This document shows, piece after piece, positions 11,368 through 19,939 of a stretch of 64,000 bases of DNA (positions are counted from its first letter, which is position 1; every line of letters begins with the position of its first letter). A program made the translations under genes and the position numbers. The notes under the pieces were generated by a model. It made no database searches. It was not told the DNA's origin and worked only from the letters and a program-made list of their open reading frames with translations. The stretch is from Candidatus Magasanikiibacteriota bacterium (GTDB lineage: Bacteria > Patescibacteriota > Patescibacteriia > Magasanikbacterales > GWA2-37-8): the NCBI GenBank assembly GCA_963840935.1, contig CAWJAS010000001.1:128875-192874 (forward strand), in the 5' to 3' direction.

Positions 11368-11559
11368 ATGAAGTTCGATGAAGCAAAAATGTTGGCTTCA
11401 CAGTGTGTGAAAGCTGCCAAGGAAGCTTGGTATGCGAATTTCGAAAATACCTATCACTCAGGCGATCTCAATAGAGAGGCTGTTGGCAGAATTGCAAATA
11501 CGCTTCTCGAGCGTTGTCTGGGGTCAGAGGGTGTGGAGAGACCCTCCAAAACTGAATAA
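11368..11559 (+). CDS. Hypothetical protein (63 aa), opposite to array orientation
   Basis: Own promoter, SD and terminator (aaggcgttggct/agtcgacgcctt). Confidence 0.7.
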   Translation: MKFDEAKMLASQCVKAAKEAWYANFENTYHSGDLNREAVGRIANTLLERCLGSEGVERPSKTE

Positions 11560-11644
11560 GAGCATATTCGGTTCAAACGCAAGGCGTTGGCTATACAGTC
11601 GACGCCTTTTTTTATGAGCAAAAAATAATTTGAAAGAAAATGTA

Positions 11645-11757
11645 GCCGAATGGGCGCGCTTATCCAATGAGTGTCGAAATTTGGGCCGAAGACAATTGAC
11701 ACTCATTTGAAATATAAATGTGTCAATTTTCTCTGAGCCAGATATGCCGTGTTGTGC
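11645..11757 (-). repeat. attC site, apparently chimeric
   Basis: Left arm gccgaat-gggcgcgcttatccaa; right arm agatatgccgt-gttgtgc belongs to a different attC type. Confidence 0.7.
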
Positions 11758-11768
11758 GATGTTTAATT

Positions 11769-12146
11769 TCAATTCCGTAACGCTGATAAAGCACTGTCTA
11801 GTTTTTCAATCAGGTCTTCTTTGTCTGTATATTCTATAAAATTTTTACATACTACTTTCAGAGAACCAGATATTTTTGAACCTTTACGATAAATGCAGAT
11901 AATTGGACGCCCAAAAGAATCAGCCCAACCCAACTCAATCCCCAATCCAGTAGCAGGAAATGAAACTTCCGCAACCATTACATCGCACTTTTTTATAATG
12001 TCTTTCGTGACGAAATCACTTGCTTCTTGATAAATTTCATGTGGCAATATTATCTCATTTTCAGAGTTGAGCTTACTTTCTCTGATAGGTAAATATAATT
12101 CTTCCTTATAATTCAATTCTTTTGAGTGTCCAATGTATATTTTCAT
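11769..12146 (-). CDS. Nucleoside 2-deoxyribosyltransferase-like protein (cassette)
   Basis: DVMVAEVSFPATGLGIELGWA motif. Confidence 0.75.
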   Translation of the reverse strand: MKIYIGHSKELNYKEELYLPIRESKLNSENEIILPHEIYQEASDFVTKDIIKKCDVMVAEVSFPATGLGIELGWADSFGRPIICIYRKGSKISGSLKVVCKNFIEYTDKEDLIEKLDSALSALRN

Positions 12147-12170
12147 AAATAGTAATTAAAATTAAATTTC

Positions 12171-12247
12171 GTACAACGTATCGGCATATCTGATGTTGCG
12201 TAATAATATTGGCGAAACGTAGTGTAGCTAGATATACGCTGTTATCG
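12171..12247 (-). repeat. attC site
   Basis: gtacaac-gtatc-ggcatatct...agatatacg-ct-gttatcg. Confidence 0.8.
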
Positions 12248-12268
12248 GATATAATCAAAATTTGATAC

Positions 12269-12760
12269 TCATTTGGGGCTAATTTTATTCAAAACCATTT
12301 TTAATGTAACAGGTCGATACCTGTTTTCTGGATATTTTTTTAATCTCTTTTTTACAAAGCCGCAAGACTCATATGCTTTAATAGCACGAATATTTTCAGG
12401 TCTGACTTCTAAATATGATTTTGAATACCCAAGCTTGCCAAATCCTAATGATAAGACCTTTTTGATTGCTTTCGTGCCAATTCCCTTATTCCAATACTCT
12501 TTTTCACCAATGACTATTGTAATTTCAAACGTATTTGAATCTTTATGCATTAATGCGAGATGGCCTATTGCTTTTTCATCATATTGAATAATGTAATGAT
12601 GATCTTTTTTGCTCTCAAACATTTTGAAAAAATATCCAGGGAGTTTTTCATCGAATTCATCAAAATTACCGCTGGTTAGAGCAATTAAATCATGATCTTT
12701 CCACCACTTGAGAAAGAGAGGAAGGTCTGTTTTTTTGATTTTTCTGAGCTTAATAGACAT
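12269..12760 (-). CDS. GNAT (RimJ/RimL-like) acetyltransferase (cassette)
   Basis: YWNKGIG and ENIRAIKAYESCGF motifs. Confidence 0.85.
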   Translation of the reverse strand: MSIKLRKIKKTDLPLFLKWWKDHDLIALTSGNFDEFDEKLPGYFFKMFESKKDHHYIIQYDEKAIGHLALMHKDSNTFEITIVIGEKEYWNKGIGTKAIKKVLSLGFGKLGYSKSYLEVRPENIRAIKAYESCGFVKKRLKKYPENRYRPVTLKMVLNKISPK

Positions 12761-12811
12761 TTGTTAGTATAAAATTAGCCCCAATTACTTTAAATTAAAT
12801 TTTGATTATTT

Positions 12812-12830
12812 CCGATAAACGCTGTTAGGC
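12812..12830 (-). repeat. Collapsed attC
   Basis: ccgataaac-gct-gttaggc between two cassettes that each have terminal inverted repeats. Confidence 0.6.
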
Positions 12831-12846
12831 GATGTAATAAAAAATA

Positions 12847-13341
12847 TTAGAAATCTGTTTCGCTTGGATCTATTGGTGCTGAAACAATCTTTGCCCTTTC
12901 TTGTTCAGTGATAAAGCTGCCTTCTTTGGGGACAATAGTCGCAAAGGGAGCGATGTGAACATCATCTGTTCCATTATCCAATCTCCAAAAACCGTACACT
13001 ACCCTGTGGCCAGGGTCTGTCACAGCCGCGTGTGCAATTTCATGTTCCATTAATTTATCAATGATATTTTTTTTACCACCAGCATCGATGAGGAATTTCC
13101 TCATCTCTTCAGCGGTATCAAATTCGTAGCAATCATCCTCATTCAGAATCGTTTCATATTTTTTTCGCAGTTCCTCACTTCTACCAGCTATTTCTTTTTT
13201 ATCTTTTATTCCAGCTTGGATAATTTCGCGCGTAATCGAAGTACGTTCACGAAGCCATCTTTTATAGTCATCAAGTTTTGTTTTTGGTTTTTTCATTTGT
13301 CTTGTTTCAGCATCCGTTTGTTCGATATGTGAGTGCTCCAT
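12847..13341 (-). CDS. Hypothetical protein with HExxH motif (cassette)
   Basis: HEIAH. Confidence 0.65.
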   Translation of the reverse strand: MEHSHIEQTDAETRQMKKPKTKLDDYKRWLRERTSITREIIQAGIKDKKEIAGRSEELRKKYETILNEDDCYEFDTAEEMRKFLIDAGGKKNIIDKLMEHEIAHAAVTDPGHRVVYGFWRLDNGTDDVHIAPFATIVPKEGSFITEQERAKIVSAPIDPSETDF

Positions 13342-13371
13342 ATAATTATTGAGGTTATTTTTTATTATGTC

Positions 13372-13519
13372 GCCGAATGTGTCCGAGTGTGCGAAGTTGG
13401 CTTTTCGGATTTATTGATTACTATTTTAGCTGGTTTTCGCTTAAATTACCACCAAACAAAGAAAGGCGAATTTGGGAAAAAGTTGAGCCGAGCAATTTTC
13501 CTTTTATCCCTTGTTATAT
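13372..13519 (-). repeat. attC site
   Basis: gccgaat-gtgtc...tt-gttatat; homologous to 11014-11180. Confidence 0.75.
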
Positions 13520-13716
13520 GACCCGAACGGAATGAAATGGAGTGAGAGCGCATCGTGGCGCGACTGGAAGGAGCGAATTTTGCCAAACAAATAATTACCT
13601 TATTATTAGAGCTCTTTTGAAATTTTTCGGTGGGTGGGTTTGACATTTTTAACTGGATGTGATTTAATTTACTATTCCGGCTCTGGTAGTTAGCCGGATA
13701 AACACAGGAGAAAGCC

Positions 13717-14094
13717 ATGCTTTACGCAATTGTTCTAGGGGCAGCGTCAGTGTCGGTAATTGTTGTTCTTTCATTTTTCTGCAACAAAATAGTGGAACGG
13801 CTAGAGTTAGGCCTGTCTTTATTCTACCATCCCTCGTGGATGATGCTGCGTCCATTAAATACACCTAGAAAAGTAATGATTTTTTTCTTTCGGTGGTTGC
13901 CAACGGCGCTATATTTAGTCGCGATAGTATTGTATGGTATCTTCAACCCATCAGAGGGGCTTGGAGACAAATTAATCCTTATCGGCGTTTTTTTTGCGTC
14001 GCAGGTGTTGGTTTCGTGTATTCTGTTGAGGGCTCATACGCACATTCTGGTCAAGAAGTACAGTAAATTAATTTCAAGTAGGTGCAAGCAGTAA
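13717..14094 (+). CDS. Membrane protein (about 3 TM), opposite to array orientation
   Basis: TTGACA at 13640, SD aggag, terminator gcccgca/tgcgggc plus T tract. Confidence 0.75.
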   Translation: MLYAIVLGAASVSVIVVLSFFCNKIVERLELGLSLFYHPSWMMLRPLNTPRKVMIFFFRWLPTALYLVAIVLYGIFNPSEGLGDKLILIGVFFASQVLVSCILLRAHTHILVKKYSKLISSRCKQ

Positions 14095-14204
14095 AAGAGC
14101 CAAGGTTCCATGCCCGCATAGATTAACATCTGCGGGCTTTTTTTAAAAAATTTTAAAAAAGAGCTTAATTCAAATTGTCAAAATTATTTGTTTGGCAAAA
14201 TTGC

Positions 14205-14330
14205 GAATAACAGTCAGGAATATCCGATGTTTTTGCGACCAACGGAAGCAAAAATATGGGTGAGATAATTTTTTATTCCTTATTATAATTTATATTGAAA
14301 AATTATTGAACCAGATATTCCTTGTTATCT
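14205..14330 (-). repeat. attC site
   Basis: gaataac-agtca-ggaatatc...gatattcc-tt-gttatct. Confidence 0.85.
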
Positions 14331-14414
14331 GATGTAAATTTTTATCTTCGTCTTTGATGAACTTAATCTTGTTTTCGCACTAAAAATTTTTGTTTTGCCG
14401 AATGGCAAAACAGA

Positions 14415-15146
14415 TTATTTGGGGGTATTTATTATTTTTTTTAATTGTTCAATGTGTAATTCTTTTATTTCTTCAAATTCTTGTGAGGTATTTTTACCAT
14501 CCTTCATGATTGAAAATGTTTCAAGTAATATCGTACCGTCATATCCAATTGAATTCAGCTTGGAAATAATTCCATCGACTTTGGCTTGATTATCATAGAA
14601 TAAATGATCAAAATCTCCAATATTATCATGAAGATGAATATGTCCAATTTTGCCGCTAAAAATATCAATAAACTTATTCAACTCAGAGATTCTGTTGGCG
14701 TGTCCAATATCAAGGGTGATATTTGCATTAGGAATTTTTTCCAATAATTTCAAAATATTGTCGGCGGAATTATATGGCGCGCTTGAAACATTTTCAATCA
14801 ATAACTGCATGTTATTTTTTTGCAAAACAATATTTATTTCATTAAAGATTTCAGCATTTTCCTCTGTGTTCAAATTTTGATGCGGGTGAATCGTAATTTT
14901 TTTTGCACCCAAATCTCTCAATATCTCGATATTTTTTACGATTTCATCAAATTTAACAATATCCCAATGAATATGTCCTAAAACTTCAAAGTTTGTAGTC
15001 GCATTTTTTAAGTCGAAAAAAATATCATCGATGGTTTTTAGCACTTCTGGCTGAATAGTGATTTCCGTAAAATCAAAATATTGTTTTGCAAATTCAATTT
15101 CTGTGAGTAGGTCTCCTCTAAAACCCGACATATATCCAAATTTCAT
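14415..15146 (-). CDS. Sugar phosphate isomerase/AP-endonuclease-2 TIM barrel (cassette)
   Basis: LLIEN, LDIGH, HIHLHDN and ILLE motifs. Confidence 0.85.
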   Translation of the reverse strand: MKFGYMSGFRGDLLTEIEFAKQYFDFTEITIQPEVLKTIDDIFFDLKNATTNFEVLGHIHWDIVKFDEIVKNIEILRDLGAKKITIHPHQNLNTEENAEIFNEINIVLQKNNMQLLIENVSSAPYNSADNILKLLEKIPNANITLDIGHANRISELNKFIDIFSGKIGHIHLHDNIGDFDHLFYDNQAKVDGIISKLNSIGYDGTILLETFSIMKDGKNTSQEFEEIKELHIEQLKKIINTPK

Positions 15147-15280
15147 ATTTTCGTTATTAAAAAAATAAAAAATATCTCTAAATAATTCCACCTTTGACGG
15201 AAAACTTATAAAAAAACAAATTTTCGTCCTCGTTCAACGCACCAGAGCCTGAAATTATTACAAAGATAAAAATTTATTTC

Positions 15281-15344
15281 ACATAATGGGTCGCGGTTAT
15301 CCCATCGTCCCGCCCGGGCACGAACCTCATATTCGGTGTTGTAC
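15281..15344 (-). repeat. attC site with right-arm deletion
   Basis: Near-identical to the first ~50 bp of 15792-15875, then jumps to gttgtac. Confidence 0.8.
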
Positions 15345-15348
15345 GATG

Positions 15349-15762
15349 TTAAATAATTTTTTTCAAATCACCATTAATAATAATCGGCTTAACTGCCTCA
15401 ATTTCAGTTTTACAATAAGGCATTTCGGGAATTGGGTTTAGCATGAAAACCTTTTGATTTAACACGTAGGCAAAACCGATTTCCATTAAAGTATTGCCGC
15501 CTACATAATTTTGGACGCCATTTTTATCAAGATTCAAAACAAGCACGGCATCTGCTCCTTGCATCATACGCCAAAATTCACGGATGGCGTCCATATTGTA
15601 TTTTTGGTGAAGTTTGATTTCTTCAATTTCGGAATCGGTTTTGCCCACCATTGCCTTATGCAAATCCGTGACAAATGCGTCATGCCCCAATTCCCGAAGT
15701 TTTTCACGATACTCAAGCATTTTATCGGTAAATTGCATTGAGCCGATTATTCCTATTTTCAT
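15349..15762 (-). CDS. Nucleoside 2-deoxyribosyltransferase-like Rossmannoid protein (cassette)
   Basis: IGIIGSM, DAVLVLN, YVGGNTLMEIGFA. Confidence 0.65.
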   Translation of the reverse strand: MKIGIIGSMQFTDKMLEYREKLRELGHDAFVTDLHKAMVGKTDSEIEEIKLHQKYNMDAIREFWRMMQGADAVLVLNLDKNGVQNYVGGNTLMEIGFAYVLNQKVFMLNPIPEMPYCKTEIEAVKPIIINGDLKKII

Positions 15763-15791
15763 AAAAGATTTGAAAAAAATTATTTAATTTC

Positions 15792-15875
15792 GTACAATGG
15801 GTCGCGGTTATCCCATCGTCCCGCCCGGGCACGAACCTCATGTTCGGGCGGGATGTGGGATAACCGCTGTTATGC
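15792..15875 (-). repeat. attC site (intact)
   Basis: gtacaat-gggtc-gcggttatccca...tgggataaccgc-t-gttatgc. Confidence 0.9.
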
Positions 15876-15894
15876 GATGTCGCGCGAGCAACTC

Positions 15895-15925
15895 GCAGAA
15901 CAGCGGGCACCGCGACCCATTATGC
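15895..15925 (+). repeat. Inverted, internally deleted mini-attC
   Basis: gcagaac-agcgg..ccgcgaccc-attatgc matches the reverse-complemented ends of the neighbouring attC. Confidence 0.65.
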
Positions 15926-15945
15926 AAAATCGCTCACGCGATTTT

Positions 15946-16076
15946 GCATAATGTTTTTGGACATGCGAAGTTAAAAAACCCCGCCACCTTGACTTAATTG
16001 TATCAAAAAGAGCGGGGTTTTTCAATTTGGGAGGGGGCTTTCGAGGAAAGCCCGAACCGCATGTCCAGTGTTATGT
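15946..16076 (-). repeat. attC site
   Basis: gcataat-gtttt-tggacatgcg...cgcatgtcca-gt-gttatgt. Confidence 0.85.
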
Positions 16077-16315
16077 GATTTATACTTTTCCTTTTATCCG
16101 TTAGGGTCGCTTTTCTATTTTAGGGCAAATTTGGTTTTGTCTTTCTTTGAGCTGAGAGGTTGGAGCGGATGCCCAAAAGTAAAGACGCATTATTGGAAGT
16201 TAGTAAGAAAAACGTCCGAAATTGAAGAAGGGGTCGCAACATCTGTTGCGACCCCTTTGGGGTTTTGCTGGCCTCCCGAGTTTCCTCAGCTTGCCAGACG
16301 GCGTAGCCGATCTCG

Positions 16316-16753
16316 TCACTCCACGACGGTCGTTTGACCGCGGCCAAACTTGCCATGGTTCCAGCCCGCACCGTTGATGTCAGTCACGGAGTGAACGTGT
16401 ATGGAGAGCAATTGGTCGAAGGCTTGGTCTGTATCGGGGTTCCCCGTGCGGTACTCGATCCACATGGGCTGGCCGACCGGCACATCATGAAAGGTCTCTG
16501 GAATATTGCCGTAACACCCTTGTCCGAAGGAATACTGAGCGACAGTGCCATCCGGCTTCTCCATGAGAAAGGTGTAACGCGACGGTTCGTGCATCAGGAC
16601 GCGAGAAACACCATCCATGCGCTTGGTCTCGGTCCAATCTATTGCACCAAGGGTCCGGTAGACGAAGGCCATGAGACCTAAGGACACAACCAGGAGAATG
16701 GAGACGGACAGGATGATCAAAGGAACATGAAACTTTTCCCTAATACGCTTCAT
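16316..16753 (-). CDS. GC-rich hypothetical protein with N-terminal TM (cassette with own promoter)
   Basis: TTGACA(16835)...TATAAT(16812), SD ggagg, hairpin at 16230-16255. Confidence 0.75.
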   Translation of the reverse strand: MKRIREKFHVPLIILSVSILLVVSLGLMAFVYRTLGAIDWTETKRMDGVSRVLMHEPSRYTFLMEKPDGTVAQYSFGQGCYGNIPETFHDVPVGQPMWIEYRTGNPDTDQAFDQLLSIHVHSVTDINGAGWNHGKFGRGQTTVVE

Positions 16754-17002
16754 TGTAATTTCCTCCGTGTGTGGTGAGGTCGCTTTATCGTGTAAAGCGA
16801 CACATAATTATATCACAAAAAAACGACCCTGTCAAGAGTCGCGCATCAAAAATCTTCTTAATTTAGCCAAAATTTAGAAAATCGTCCCGCCGAGAATACG
16901 GCGGGTTACCATATTCTCCCCTCTATAAAAAATGAAAAATCAAATTTGCCCAATATAGAAAAGCGAAAGGGCATTCGGCCCTTAAAAGGAAAAGTGTATT
17001 TC

Positions 17003-17103
17003 ACATAACGTTTCGGGATATCCGACGTTTCGCCACTTCCATTAAAAAATAATTTAGTGTGGCGAAATGTGGCTTTAGCCCTTGCGGATATCCCGTGTTG
17101 TGC
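17003..17103 (-). repeat. attC site of the first cassette
   Basis: acataac-gtttc-gggatatccg...cggatatccc-gt-gttgtgc. Confidence 0.9.
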
Positions 17104-17132
17104 GACCCGAAGGGCTTGAGTTGCAAAAACTT

Positions 17133-17651
17133 TTATTCCTTATTTTTGTTTTGATTTCTATTAAAAATAGCCATGGATAAAAAGTCATAAAACTTTCCTT
17201 TGTAAAAAACTTCATCTTTCATCTTGCCTTCGATAACAAAGCCTAAAGATTTATACAAGTTAACTGCTGGAGTATTATCTTTGATGACGCCTAAATTAAT
17301 CTTATGAAGTTTTTGTTTTGTAAATCCATAATCGATTATCCATTCCATGGCAATTTTTCCAATTCCCTTACCGCGATAGTCGTCTTCTCCAATAGCAATA
17401 AACAAATCTGCATTTTTATTCGGTTTACTAATGTTTGATAGTCCTATAAATCCTATTGGCTTAGAATTATCACAAATAGTGAAAAACTTTTTGTTTTTAG
17501 CTTTTTTATAATTAGCAAACCATTCCTTTTCTTTTTGCAGATTTGTTTTTTGCCCCAATTCATCACCAATAAACTTATTGACATTGGGATTGCTCAACCA
17601 CTTGACGCGGCAAGGGATATCTTTTTCTAAATGTTTTCTTATTTTTATCAT
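17133..17651 (-). CDS. GNAT acetyltransferase (SpeG/RimJ-like), first cassette
   Basis: YRGKGIG and NTPAVNLYKSLGF motifs. Confidence 0.85.
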   Translation of the reverse strand: MIKIRKHLEKDIPCRVKWLSNPNVNKFIGDELGQKTNLQKEKEWFANYKKAKNKKFFTICDNSKPIGFIGLSNISKPNKNADLFIAIGEDDYRGKGIGKIAMEWIIDYGFTKQKLHKINLGVIKDNTPAVNLYKSLGFVIEGKMKDEVFYKGKFYDFLSMAIFNRNQNKNKE

Positions 17652-17694
17652 AAAGAAATCAAAACAAATTAAATTTAAAAGTTTTTGCAATTTC

Positions 17695-17730
17695 GCACAA
17701 CTACCTTTATCATGACTAGTGGTAAAAACC
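17695..17730 (-). other. Putative attI site
   Basis: Minus-strand G|TTGTGC matches the R'' of the first cassette, has no partner hairpin, and lies just upstream of the integrase. Confidence 0.65.
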
Positions 17731-17878
17731 GCTAAAATATGATAAAATTTTTGAGAAATTGGGGTTATAGGCGACGAAGGTGAGAGAAAAGCAAATTGAT
17801 TTGCTTTTCCGAGCCAAGGAGCTTATATACTGTGTATATAGCCCCTGGGGGTATAACGGATTAATATTATCAAGAATT

Positions 17879-18311
17879 ATGAAGGAGGGCAACACTTTTG
17901 ATAATTTGGCTAGGGAATTGCGTATTCGCAATTACAGCAAAAAAACCGCTAATTCATATATTCGGTATAATCAGGAGTTTTTGCGGTTTTGCGAAAAAGA
18001 CCCGCGTGAAGCAACGGCCGAGGATATAAAGAATTATTTGGATTATTTAGCTCAAGAATGGTCGTGGAAGCAGATTAACCGAATCAACTATACAAAAAAT
18101 CGTGGTTTCAACAGCCAAAAAAGCGGGGATTGCCAAAAATGTGACACCGCATACCTTGCGCCATTCGTTTGCCACGCATTTGCTAGAAAATGGCACGGAT
18201 ATACGGTATATTCAAGAATTGTTGGGGCATGCCAAGCTTCAGACCACCCAAATCTACACTCATGTGGCAAATAATAATTTAAAAAATATTGTGAGCCCGC
18301 TCGATGTATGA
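17879..18311 (+). pseudogene. Integron-type tyrosine recombinase with internal deletion and frameshift
   Basis: N-terminal SAM-like domain (LRIRNYSKKT..Y) joined out of frame to [32 protein letters not shown]; the central catalytic-Arg region is missing. Confidence 0.9.
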
Positions 18312-18430
18312 ATGGGCGTGGTTGGATTCCCGCTTTCGCGAGAATGACAAGACGATAATTATTGTTGACAAAAAACTTTCTATAAGATTAAATAGGTTCA
18401 ACAAACCGTTCTTTTAACCAGGAGAAAAAA

Positions 18431-18652
18431 ATGAAGTACGCAGTGTCGTATCGATTGCTTACGCATGACAGCGATGGCCCGATACCGGAAAGCAGGGAAT
18501 ACGAGGCGGAAAGTCTGAAAGAGGCATACGCCAAAGGAGAAAGGATAGCTCAAGACCGCGCTGCCCAAATCAGGAAGGATGGCGGAGTCGCCGAGGTGTC
18601 GAACATCCACATCAAGCGGTTTCACAAGCGCGCCTCAAAAAAATCCCGATAG
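18431..18652 (+). CDS. Small hypothetical protein
   Basis: TTGACA at 18365, gttcttttaac, SD aggag, terminator agccgcca/tggcggct. Confidence 0.7.
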   Translation: MKYAVSYRLLTHDSDGPIPESREYEAESLKEAYAKGERIAQDRAAQIRKDGGVAEVSNIHIKRFHKRASKKSR

Positions 18653-18749
18653 TTCTTACGATATCTGACCCCTATACTGTACAATCAAGCCGCCAGCCGT
18701 GGCGGCTTTTGCTTTCTTAAAAACAGTATGATACGATTTTATAAAATAT

Positions 18750-19211
18750 ATGAAAGAAAAATTTGTTTTGGTTTTGCCTGATATCAGAAGCGCGCATAAT
18801 GTGGGCGCTATGTTTCGGACCGCGGATGGCGCGGGTGTAGAAAAAATATATTTATGCGGATATACCGCTCGTCCGCCTCATCCGCAATTAGACAAAGTAT
18901 CTTTGGGCGCTGAAAAATGGATAAAATGGGAATATTACCGTCAAACATGGCGCGCGCTTAAAGAATTGAAGAAAAAAGGGTATAATATAGTGGCGCTGGA
19001 ATTAACCGAAGGCAGTCAAAATATTTTTAAGTGGAAGTCAAAGTTTCCTTTGGCCTTGGTGGTTGGCAATGAAAAAACCGGCGTGACAAAAAAATTATTA
19101 AAATATTGTGATAGTGCCGTTCACATCCCCATGTTCGGCAAAAAAAGCAGTTTGAATGTTAGTGTGGCCACCGGCATTGCCGTTTATCAAATTGGCCAAC
19201 AAATAAAATAA
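18750..19211 (+). CDS. SpoU/TrmH RNA methyltransferase
   Basis: HNVGAMFRTAD, VGNE and SLNVSVA motifs. Confidence 0.92.
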   Translation: MKEKFVLVLPDIRSAHNVGAMFRTADGAGVEKIYLCGYTARPPHPQLDKVSLGAEKWIKWEYYRQTWRALKELKKKGYNIVALELTEGSQNIFKWKSKFPLALVVGNEKTGVTKKLLKYCDSAVHIPMFGKKSSLNVSVATGIAVYQIGQQIK

Positions 19212-19212
19212 T

Positions 19213-19938
19213 ATGGCAAAATTTACTTTATCAATATTTGAGCAATTGACGGCTACTTTGCCCCCGATGTTTCCTTTGGGAATCGCGCAAAAAATGAGTT
19301 TTGCCATTGATCAAATCAAAAACGACCCTCGCGCCAATCGAAAGATGATTGAAGACACCATGATTCGTTTTGGTTATGATTTGTGGCCGTGGCGACAGGC
19401 TTTTAACGATTTTTTGGGATTAAATGATGGTAAATTAGGCGAGCAATTCTTTTTGTCTCATTTGCCAAAAGACCTTGGTGAAAATTATATGAAATACAAA
19501 GAATACGGCCTTTCTTGGAAGGACTTGTATTCAGGCCGGGCGATAAAATATTTTGATAACAACGACAGGGTGGCGTTATTTGAAGCGCTTGTAAAAACAA
19601 AAAATGATTTATTCAGTTTTACAAAAAGAGAAGTTTCGGGATTATTAAAAAATCAGTATTTGCAAAAAGTGGAAGAATACAAAAATACTTTGCAGAAAAT
19701 TGGCGATATTATATCTCAGATGAGATCAATGGCCGACGAAGAGCAGTATCATCCGATTTTGGCCGGTGAATTAAGGGCAAAAATTAACGCTTTTGAATGT
19801 GGTTTATGCGCCTTGGCGCCGAGTTCAAGTTTGGACGATGTAATGAACGCTTTGGAATTTTTTGTAGAACGCAAAATGCATTTGAATATGATGCGCGGAA
19901 TTGACAAACAAGTATCCGTGGATTTTTATAACAGTTAA
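19213..19938 (+). CDS. Hypothetical protein
   Basis: 241-aa ORF with operon-like spacing. Confidence 0.75.
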   Translation: MAKFTLSIFEQLTATLPPMFPLGIAQKMSFAIDQIKNDPRANRKMIEDTMIRFGYDLWPWRQAFNDFLGLNDGKLGEQFFLSHLPKDLGENYMKYKEYGLSWKDLYSGRAIKYFDNNDRVALFEALVKTKNDLFSFTKREVSGLLKNQYLQKVEEYKNTLQKIGDIISQMRSMADEEQYHPILAGELRAKINAFECGLCALAPSSSLDDVMNALEFFVERKMHLNMMRGIDKQVSVDFYNS

Positions 19939-19939
19939 T

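Larger units (their letters stand above)
9599..18311 (-). mobile_element. Integron: cassette array (minus orientation), attI and divergent integrase pseudogene
   Basis: About 13 attC-like hairpins alternate with short ORFs next to a tyrosine recombinase gene. Confidence 0.88.

Noticed and set aside
9599-17701. Possible CRISPR array
   Set aside because: The repeats are long, variable hairpins separated by whole genes, and no cas genes are present; the pattern fits attC sites.
17824-17846. LexA box upstream of the integrase
   Set aside because: tatatac-tgt-gtatata is palindromic, but CTGT-N8 is not followed by ACAG, so an SOS box is not supported.
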